In this document: positions 56,717 through 64,000 of the stretch, piece by piece
How positions within the stretch are numbered: position 1 is the first letter of the stretch
Layout: every line of letters starts with the position of its first letter
Assembly: GCA_965208105.1 (NCBI GenBank)
Contig: OZ242318.1
Coordinates: forward strand, 288,001 to 352,000
Source: Candidatus Latescibacterota bacterium
GTDB taxonomy: Bacteria > Latescibacterota > UBA2968 > UBA8231
Length of the DNA stretch: 64,000 nucleotides
Direction of reading: 5' to 3'
Notes under the pieces: model-generated
What the model was told of the DNA's origin: nothing
Database searches by the model: none
Seen by the model: only the letters and a program-made list of their open reading frames with translations
Position numbers and translations under genes: made by a program

Positions 56717-57739
56717 GTGATTGAGGTGCTGAGAATCGGCTTGGCGGGACTGGGACACGGCGGAACTCTGCTCGAAGCCAACGACCCTGGCAATGCCCGG
56801 CTGCCCATGCGCGTGACCGCGGTGTGCGATACGGATGAGGGCAGAATCCGGAAGGTGGTTGAAGAGTACGGAATCGAGGATGCCACCACGGATTTCGGCG
56901 AACTGATCAGCCGGGAGGATTTGGACATCGTGGGTATCTATACCCCCGGTCCTCTGCACGCCGCCCAGATTCTGAGTGCGCTGGAGGCGGGCAAGCACGT
57001 CATGGTGACCAAGTCCATGGTCTATACCATGGAGGAAGCTGAGATGGTCGTGAAAGCGGTGGAGGAGACCGGGCTGGTCCTGCTGGTCACACAGACCATG
57101 CGGGGCCGCTTCGACTTCATGGACGCCAAGGCAGCCTGCGACGCCGGCGAGATAGGTGATCTGTTCATGGCCGAAGCGCACTACGTCCACGACCTTCGCC
57201 CCGTCTACCTGAGGACTCCCTGGCGCACGCGGATGCCCCAGGACCTGATTCTCGGGGGAGCTTGCCACCCCATTGACCTGTTGCGCTGGTTCATGGGCGA
57301 TATCGAGGAGGTCCACTGCTACGGGCTCCGGGGCGGATTGGCGCGGGATTATCCGCGGGAGGACAATTTCGTCATCAACGTCCGATTCACCAGCGGCCGG
57401 ATCGGGCGAATCGCCAATTTTCTGGGGGTGGTGCACCCTCCCGGGGTTCCGATGAACAGCCTCGCCCTCTACGGGACCCGAGGAACCATCGTCAATGGGG
57501 AGAAGCGCATAGACGCCGCGGAGTTTCTGCCGGAGCGCACCTACAGGGCAGAGTTTCCGGGCATGCGGGGCCATCACAGCGAGATGGTGGTGATGCTCCG
57601 GCACATGGCGCAATGCGTCCTCGAGGGCGTCAGGCCCTGGGTGGGGGCGCTCGAGGGAGCCAGGGTCGTGTCCACGGGCCTGGCCTGCTGGCAATCGCTC
57701 CGCGAAGGAGTTCCCGTAAAGGTGCGGAATAATTTCTAG
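56717..57739 (+). CDS. Gfo/Idh/MocA oxidoreductase
   Basis: IGLAGLGHG, AGKHVMVTKSM and GACHPIDL. Confidence 0.88.
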   Translation: MIEVLRIGLAGLGHGGTLLEANDPGNARLPMRVTAVCDTDEGRIRKVVEEYGIEDATTDFGELISREDLDIVGIYTPGPLHAAQILSALEAGKHVMVTKSMVYTMEEAEMVVKAVEETGLVLLVTQTMRGRFDFMDAKAACDAGEIGDLFMAEAHYVHDLRPVYLRTPWRTRMPQDLILGGACHPIDLLRWFMGDIEEVHCYGLRGGLARDYPREDNFVINVRFTSGRIGRIANFLGVVHPPGVPMNSLALYGTRGTIVNGEKRIDAAEFLPERTYRAEFPGMRGHHSEMVVMLRHMAQCVLEGVRPWVGALEGARVVSTGLACWQSLREGVPVKVRNNF

Positions 57740-57827
57740 ACTGGGGCTACGCCTTTGAGTGGTCGGTTCAAAATCCGGATTCTCGAATCGATCCGGCTCG
57801 GGCGGATTACAATTCAGGAGCAGGTGA

Positions 57828-58817
57828 ATGGCTGAAATAAGGATTGGCATGGTGGGAGGCGGGGGTATGGGCAACCATCACGCAGGAGCGATAGCGCAGC
57901 GGGAAGGTGCCAGTGTTGCGGGGATGTGCGATCCAAATGCAGAGGCATTGGACTGGCTCGCCGCTACCCTGGGTCCGGAGGGAAACAAGGTGGCTCGATA
58001 CTCCGACCTGGAATCGATGCTTGCGCATGAAACCCTCGATGCGGCGGTGGTAACCACGCCGCACACTCTGCACGGCGACCATGTGCGCGCCTGCCTGGAG
58101 GCGGGGTTGCACGTCCTCGTCGAGAAGCCGATGGCGACCACCAGCGCCGATGCGCGCGATTTCATCTCCATGGCGAAGAAGGCAAACAGGGTCCTTGCCA
58201 TTGCTTACCAGCGGCACGGGGAGGGAAAGTTCATCAGGGCCCGCCAGTTGCTGCGGGAAGGGGCCATCGGCGAAGTCAGACTGGTGCACCTCATCATTGC
58301 CCAGGACTGCCTGCGAAATTTCCTGCCCGGCGCATCGTGGCGGGCGGACCCCGAGCTTTCCGGGGGAGGGCACTTCATGGATACCGGCAGCCATGTCAAC
58401 GACATCCTGCTGTGGACGACGGGACTCGAGCCGCGCCGGGTGCAGGCCTTCATCCAGCAGGAGGGGACGCTGGTGGACGTGCTGACCGCCGTGGCGGTAG
58501 AGTTCACCAGCGGAGCGGTGGGGACCCTGGCCTATACCTCGTTGTCGCCGGAATGGCGGGAAGAATTCACCTTCTACGGCACGGAGGGGGTGATGCGCTT
58601 CGGGGCTGCCGAGCCGTTGCGGGTCCAGCGTCGCGGGGAGGACATCATCCTGCCCATCCCCCCTCCCGTCGGCCAGCCGCCACTACCCAACTTCATCGAC
58701 GCTATCGAAGGCAAATCCGCCGTGCAGGCTCCTCCCCTCTGCGGGCTCCGGGTGGCGCAGCTGAGCGAGGCGGTCTACGCATCGGCGAGGTCCGGGCGGC
58801 CGGAGCTGGTCGCGTAG
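57828..58817 (+). CDS. Gfo/Idh/MocA oxidoreductase
   Basis: IGMVGGGGMG, HVLVEKPM and GGGHFMDTGSH. Confidence 0.9.
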   Translation: MAEIRIGMVGGGGMGNHHAGAIAQREGASVAGMCDPNAEALDWLAATLGPEGNKVARYSDLESMLAHETLDAAVVTTPHTLHGDHVRACLEAGLHVLVEKPMATTSADARDFISMAKKANRVLAIAYQRHGEGKFIRARQLLREGAIGEVRLVHLIIAQDCLRNFLPGASWRADPELSGGGHFMDTGSHVNDILLWTTGLEPRRVQAFIQQEGTLVDVLTAVAVEFTSGAVGTLAYTSLSPEWREEFTFYGTEGVMRFGAAEPLRVQRRGEDIILPIPPPVGQPPLPNFIDAIEGKSAVQAPPLCGLRVAQLSEAVYASARSGRPELVA

Positions 58818-58858
58818 AATGCGGTTGTCGCGGCGCATCCAGAATTATTGCCAGAGCC

Positions 58859-59548
58859 ATGAAGCGCTACACCAGCAGGCAGATCCGGAAGACCCTGAGG
58901 AAATACTCTGTCAAAACCACGGAACTAAATGTAGCGGAGGATGTTAAGTTAAATCTATCAGAGGTTGAGGACGCCTACGGGCTGCTGGATCGCATGATAG
59001 AGCAGGAGGGCCGCCTGCACCGGGCGGAGCGCTATCCGTACTGGGCCGAATTGTGGCCGGCTGGCGTGGCCCTCAGCCGCTGGTTCTGCAATGCGGGGCT
59101 GGAATCCAGGCACATCAAGGAACTGGGTTGCGGGCTGGGTCTGGTGGGTATTACCCTGGCGCGCCTGGGCTGGCGGGTGGAGGCTACGGATTTCGTCGAG
59201 GATGCACTTGTATTCACCACCCACAACGCGCTGGAGAATAGGGTTGCCGGCCGCCTTTCTGTCTCCTATCTGGACTGGAGCAACCCCGTCGGACCACCCT
59301 GTGAATGCCTGGTGGCATCCGACGTGGTCTACGAGAAGAAAAATCATCCGTACCTGGCGCAGGTTTTACGCACTTTGCTCCTGCCGGGTGGCTTCTTCTA
59401 TCTGGGCGACCCGCGCCGCCCCCAGGCCGGGCTCTTTGTGGAAATGCTCAAGCAACAGGGATACTGGCATCGCACAGAGTCCTTGACGGTGGGCTGGAAA
59501 TCACGCGATTGCAAGGTCGATATCCACATCCTGAACAAACCGGTCTGA
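58859..59548 (+). CDS. Class I SAM-dependent methyltransferase (family-16, lysine/nicotinamide MTase-like)
   Basis: PYWAELWPAG, ELGCGLG, ATD, LDW and ASDVVYE. Confidence 0.85.
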   Translation: MKRYTSRQIRKTLRKYSVKTTELNVAEDVKLNLSEVEDAYGLLDRMIEQEGRLHRAERYPYWAELWPAGVALSRWFCNAGLESRHIKELGCGLGLVGITLARLGWRVEATDFVEDALVFTTHNALENRVAGRLSVSYLDWSNPVGPPCECLVASDVVYEKKNHPYLAQVLRTLLLPGGFFYLGDPRRPQAGLFVEMLKQQGYWHRTESLTVGWKSRDCKVDIHILNKPV

Positions 59549-59578
59549 ATACTTCCTCCGGCCAGGCTTCTTCCGGCG

Positions 59579-60532
59579 TCAATGGCTTTCCGCATCTTTG
59601 AGCGCACATAGATGGGCTGCAGCCGAGCCGGCTGTAGCCTCCAGGTCATATCCTCCTTCCAGGGTCGAAACCACCTTTCCACCGCAGTAGTCCTCCGCCA
59701 TGGACAGGACTTCCCGGGTCAGGACCTCGAATCCCCGTTCCGTGAGTTGAATATCCCCCAGGGGATCGGCCCGGTGGGCGTCGAAGCCGGCGGAAATCAG
59801 GATGAAATCCGGCTCGAAGGATTCCATTGCCGGGCGCAGTTCTTCGTGGAAGACATGCAGGTACTCCGCATCGCCGCTCCCGGCCGGCATGGGCGCGTTG
59901 AGGGTGTATCCGCTGCCGGCCCCACGGCCTCGTTCGCCGCGGGCACCGGTTCCCGGGTAATGGGGAAACTGGTGGATGCTGAAGAAGAAGATCGAGGGGT
60001 CCTCCTCGAAGCTGTGCTGGGTGCCGTTGCCGTGATGCACGTCCCAATCGACGATGGCGACCCTTTCGATGCCGTGCCGGGTTTGCAGGTAGCGCGCGGC
60101 AATGCCGACGTTGTTGAAATAGCAGAACCCCATCATGACCCCGCGCTCGGCGTGGTGCCCGGGAGGACGAACGACGCAGAAGCAGTTGTCGGCGCGGTTT
60201 TCGACGACGGCGTCGATGGCCTCCTGCACGGCTCCGGCGGCCAAAAGCGCGGCCCGGTAGGTTGAGGGACTGACCACCGTATCCGGGGTGGCCGCCACCG
60301 GACGACCCAAGGCCGCGAGCCTGCTCACGGTCTCGATGTGAGCGCTGGTGTGGATGAGTTCGAGGCTTGCAATGCCGGCTTCCACTGGCATGGAGACCGG
60401 GACCTGGTCCAGGAGATTCCGGGTCTCTAGGTGCTCCATGATGGAATGCAGGCGCTGGGGCCGTTCGGGATGCCCCGGCCCGGAATCGTGCCGGGTGCAG
60501 TCGGGATGGTAGAAAAGGACGGTGCGGGCCAT
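59579..60532 (-). CDS. Histone deacetylase family protein (class II-like amidohydrolase)
   Basis: HPERPQRL, RPPGHHA, GFCYFNN, DWDVHHGNGTQ, SAGFDAH and LEGGY. Confidence 0.93.
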   Translation of the reverse strand: MARTVLFYHPDCTRHDSGPGHPERPQRLHSIMEHLETRNLLDQVPVSMPVEAGIASLELIHTSAHIETVSRLAALGRPVAATPDTVVSPSTYRAALLAAGAVQEAIDAVVENRADNCFCVVRPPGHHAERGVMMGFCYFNNVGIAARYLQTRHGIERVAIVDWDVHHGNGTQHSFEEDPSIFFFSIHQFPHYPGTGARGERGRGAGSGYTLNAPMPAGSGDAEYLHVFHEELRPAMESFEPDFILISAGFDAHRADPLGDIQLTERGFEVLTREVLSMAEDYCGGKVVSTLEGGYDLEATAGSAAAHLCALKDAESH

Positions 60533-61005
60533 TATTCCACGCCTCTCCCGCGCGGATTCCCCAGAGCCTCAATTGCACGCTGGCCGAGGATGCGTATATC
60601 GGCGCCGACCTCGGCGGAGTCGAGCTCTCCGTGGGTATACCAGCGGAAATCGCGGGCCTCCGTGAGGTTGAGTCGGAGCCTTCCTCCTGTGACCCGGCCG
60701 ATATAGATGAGGTCTATGTGCTGGTGTCCGGCCTCGATGTCCTCGAGGAGGATACACAAAGGGGTGAGCAACACCTCGACCTCTCCCCACCTCTGGTGAT
60801 TTCCGTGCAACTCGACTTCGAAGCCGGTCTCTTCCAGAACCTCGCGAAGGGCGGCTTCCTCGGGCAATTCGTGTGGCTCGATGTGCCCTCCTGGCGGAAG
60901 CCACGCCTTGATTTTATTGTGCCACAGGAGCAGGGTCCGGTTTTCCTGAATCACGAAAGTCGTGGCCGTGAAATCACGCGTGATGGTGTGCACGGGGTCC
61001 TCCAT
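60532..61005 (-). CDS. NUDIX hydrolase
   Basis: Nudix box GGHIEPHELPEEAALREVLEETG; stop overlaps the HDAC start (TAATG). Confidence 0.92.
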   Translation of the reverse strand: MEDPVHTITRDFTATTFVIQENRTLLLWHNKIKAWLPPGGHIEPHELPEEAALREVLEETGFEVELHGNHQRWGEVEVLLTPLCILLEDIEAGHQHIDLIYIGRVTGGRLRLNLTEARDFRWYTHGELDSAEVGADIRILGQRAIEALGNPRGRGVE

Positions 61006-61125
61006 CCGTCTTCGGCATGTTTCCGGAGAGATAACCTAAGTACATAGCACTTGCCGATGATAATACTGAATTGCTAACTTAACCACTGGCTTTTCAGGTA
61101 ATTGGTCCAACAACGAAGGGAGAAT

Positions 61126-62406
61126 ATGGCAACGGAAGTCGTCATGCCCAAACTTGGGCTCACTATGGAAAGAGGTACCATTGGCGCCTGGCTCATCGAA
61201 GAGGGAACAGAGGTCCAGAAGGGAGAGCCTCTGTTGGAGGTGGTCACCGACAAAGTCACCATGGAGGTCGAATCCCAGGTCACGGGAGTTCTGCGCAAGA
61301 TCCTGGTGCCCGAGGGAGTGGAGGTGGATGTTTCTCTTCCCATCGGAATAATAGCGGCAGCCGATGAGGATATCAGCGAACTCCTGGCCGAAACATCTCC
61401 GGCTCCCGCTGAGGGCCAGGCAGCTTCCGGGGAGGAGAGCGGCGCTTCCCCCTCCGCTCCTTCCAGGGAAGCCGCTCCGGATTCCGGACCGGCACCTGCA
61501 ACCGCTGCTCAGCCTCCTGCATCCGCACCCGGGGATGGACGGCATCCACACAGGGCGTCGCCCAAGGCGAGGAAGATGGCGGCCGCGAAGGGGATAGATC
61601 TGAACCAGGTCGTCGGAAGCGGACCTGGTGGACGCATCGTCAGCGCCGATCTCGAGACCTACGAGGCGCAGCGACCTGCCGCAGCCGCCGCGCCACGGGT
61701 GGCCGCGCCCACGACTTTCCCGGATGCCGGGCAAGGAGCCCTGGTCGAACTCACCCGGCCTCAGCAGGTAGCCGCCGAGCGCCTGACGGAAAGTTCGCGC
61801 GACATCCCGCATATTCACATTTTCATGAACGTATCCGCGGTCTGGCTGGAGCAGTTTCGGCAGGGTTACAGGATCGATGGAAAGAAGATTTCCATAAACG
61901 ATTTAATCGTCAAGGCAACGGCCAGGGCCCTGGCCGAGTTCCCCAGGGTGAACAGCGTGCTCGAGGGGAACAAGGTTCGGCAGCTTGAAGAAATCAACGT
62001 CGGATTTGCCGTGGATTCTCCTCAGGGATTGCTCGTACCCGTGATTCGCCAGGCGGGGGCCAGGAGCATCGAGGAGATTGCAGCCGAAACCACCAGGTTG
62101 ATAGAAGCGGTCCGGTCCGGTTCATTCAATCCCGACGACCTGGGCGGCGGCACATTTACCATTTCCAACCTGGGCATGTACGGAGTATCTCATTTTACCG
62201 CCATCATCAATCCGCCGCAGGTGGCCATTCTTGCTGTGGGAGCCATCGAAAAGCGGGTAGTTGCCATGGAGAACGACGCCATGGCGGTGCGGCCTCAGCT
62301 CACCCTGGATTTGGCAGCTGACCATCGCGTGATCGACGGTGCCCTGGCCGCCCGCTTTCTGGCTCGCCTGAAGGAGATCCTGGAGACTCCGGGTCTGTTG
62401 GGCTAG
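61126..62406 (+). CDS. Dihydrolipoamide acyltransferase (E2) of a 2-oxoacid/acetoin dehydrogenase complex
   Basis: Lipoyl domain EVVTDKVTMEV, E3-binding ASPKARKMA...GSGPGGRI, TFTISNLG and catalytic DHRVIDG. Confidence 0.92.
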   Translation: MATEVVMPKLGLTMERGTIGAWLIEEGTEVQKGEPLLEVVTDKVTMEVESQVTGVLRKILVPEGVEVDVSLPIGIIAAADEDISELLAETSPAPAEGQAASGEESGASPSAPSREAAPDSGPAPATAAQPPASAPGDGRHPHRASPKARKMAAAKGIDLNQVVGSGPGGRIVSADLETYEAQRPAAAAAPRVAAPTTFPDAGQGALVELTRPQQVAAERLTESSRDIPHIHIFMNVSAVWLEQFRQGYRIDGKKISINDLIVKATARALAEFPRVNSVLEGNKVRQLEEINVGFAVDSPQGLLVPVIRQAGARSIEEIAAETTRLIEAVRSGSFNPDDLGGGTFTISNLGMYGVSHFTAIINPPQVAILAVGAIEKRVVAMENDAMAVRPQLTLDLAADHRVIDGALAARFLARLKEILETPGLLG

Positions 62407-62513
62407 TGCCCCGTCGCAGGGCGGCAAGAGAAGCAGTCGGGCAGGCTTCATTCCGGGCTGGGAACGGGGGAACCAAAGCCCGGCCGATGGGTCTCCTGAG
62501 AAGGACGGTAAAC

Positions 62514-64000
62514 ATGAAAATCGAAAAGAAGACACAGCTGACCATAGCCTACGCCATTCTGACTCTGCTTCTCCTGCTCTCGCTGCAGAATTTCTTCCAA
62601 AATCAGATCCAGAGCGTGCCCTACAGCCAGTTCAGGTTCTGGGTTGAAGAAGGCATGATTCAGGAATGTACGATCGGGTCCGAGTGGATTCGAGGCAAGG
62701 TGGTCGATGGCGGAGAAGAACGCGGGTTCACGACCGGTAAGGTGGAGGACCCGGGCCTCGTCGCGCTGTTGGAGGAAAACCAGGTGAGGTATTCGCGGCA
62801 GGTGGAAAATACGTGGTTCACTACCCTGATGTCGTGGATTTTGCCGGCCCTGATCTTTGTCGGGATCTGGATGTTCATGGCGCGCCGCATCGGCGGTGGG
62901 TCGGGAGGGCTGATGTCGATTGGCAAGAGCAAGGCCAAGGTCTACATGGAAAAAGGGACAGGCATAACCTTTGAGGATGTGGCCGGGGTCGACGAAGCCA
63001 AGGAAGAACTCAGGGAAGTTGTTGATTTTCTCCGGACTCCCGCGCGCTTCCAGGCTCTGGGGGGCCGGATTCCCCGGGGAGTTCTGCTCGCGGGGCCACC
63101 TGGTACGGGGAAGACCCTGCTGGCAAAAGCCGTGGCCGGCGAGACGGAGGTGCCTTTCTTTTCAATCAGTGGATCGGATTTTGTTGAAATGTTCGTCGGA
63201 GTCGGGGCCGCCCGGGTGCGCGACCTCTTTGAACAGGCCAAGAAGCACGCTCCGGCGATCATCTTCATCGATGAGCTCGATGCGCTGGGAAAAGCCCGCG
63301 GGGCTGGTTCCTTCGGAGGGCACGACGAGCGCGAGCAGACCTTGAATCAGCTCCTGACCGAATTGGATGGCTTCGACACCAACGCGGGGGTTATCCTGAT
63401 GGCCTCCACCAACCGCCCGGAGATTCTCGATCCCGCCCTGTTGCGTCCTGGCCGCTTCGACCGGACAGTGGCGGTGGACCGCCCGGACGTTCGCGGCAGG
63501 GAAGCCATCCTCAAGATTCACGCTCACGAAGCCAGGCTGGATGCCGAGGTAGACCTCCACAAGCTGGCAGTGCGCACCCCCGGATTCGCTGGAGCTGATC
63601 TCGCGAACGTGATCAACGAGGCCGCCTTGTTGGCCGCCCGGCGCGACAAGGCGGCCATCACGACGGAAGAGCTTGAAGAGGCCATAGAACGCTCGGTGGC
63701 GGGACTGGAGCGCAAAAGCCGCGTATTGAGCGCGAAAGAGCGCCGCATCGTCGCCTACCACGAAGCGGGACACGCCATCGTGGGCGAAGTGTTGCCCAAG
63801 GCCAACCCGGTGCAGAAGATCTCCATTGTATCCCGCGGGGTAGCTGCGTTGGGATATACGCTCAACATGCCCGACGAAGACCGATACCTGATGACCAAGG
63901 AGGAAATACTCGACACCTTGTGCATGACTTTGGGCGGTCGGGCTGCAGAGGAGATCGTGTTCAACGAGATCTCGACCGGCGCGGTCAACGATTTGCAGCA
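62514..64000 (+). CDS. ftsH: ATP-dependent zinc metalloprotease FtsH (3'-truncated by window edge)
   Basis: Read manually from ATG 62514: two TM segments, [40 protein letters not shown], and HEAGH at 63759. Confidence 0.95.
   Translation, partial: MKIEKKTQLTIAYAILTLLLLLSLQNFFQNQIQSVPYSQFRFWVEEGMIQECTIGSEWIRGKVVDGGEERGFTTGKVEDPGLVALLEENQVRYSRQVENTWFTTLMSWILPALIFVGIWMFMARRIGGGSGGLMSIGKSKAKVYMEKGTGITFEDVAGVDEAKEELREVVDFLRTPARFQALGGRIPRGVLLAGPPGTGKTLLAKAVAGETEVPFFSISGSDFVEMFVGVGAARVRDLFEQAKKHAPAIIFIDELDALGKARGAGSFGGHDEREQTLNQLLTELDGFDTNAGVILMASTNRPEILDPALLRPGRFDRTVAVDRPDVRGREAILKIHAHEARLDAEVDLHKLAVRTPGFAGADLANVINEAALLAARRDKAAITTEELEEAIERSVAGLERKSRVLSAKERRIVAYHEAGHAIVGEVLPKANPVQKISIVSRGVAALGYTLNMPDEDRYLMTKEEILDTLCMTLGGRAAEEIVFNEISTGAVNDLQ

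Overview
GC-rich bacterial chromosome segment from a diderm organism (TonB-dependent receptor, outer-membrane beta-barrels). The C-terminal 'SWGxLK' motif on a secreted protein and the many Gfo/Idh/MocA genes suggest an FCB-type lineage such as Latescibacterota; this is inference. 1-14.8 kb is accessory: a partial carbon-nitrogen hydrolase, rhodanese, a DASS transporter, an RDD-signal peptidase I fusion lacking the catalytic Lys, a type I R-M operon (hsdR-hsdS-AlbA/Schlafen-like gene-hsdM), a VOC gene, an egtB-like sulfoxide synthase bracketed by a 26-bp direct repeat, and an intact frameshifting IS630 inserted in that repeat. 14.8-28.2 kb is a co-oriented minus-strand iron/heme acquisition region: porin, imelysin, di-heme DUF1111 protein, TonB-dependent receptor, monoheme c lipoprotein, tandem non-lipoprotein HmuY, a Cys/His-rich unknown, hmuSTUV, a membrane protein and an HhH protein. 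28.3-39 kb holds a probable sugar-acid catabolic cluster and an envelope/sulfotransferase cluster. 39-64 kb is mostly core: a catalytically degenerate UvrA-like protein, CBS-korAB-CBS, hemE, mocA-xdhC, amt, oxidoreductases, a methyltransferase, HDAC, NUDIX, an orphan E2 and partial ftsH. No rRNA, tRNA or CRISPR array was seen. All family calls come from motif recognition by eye, not database searches.
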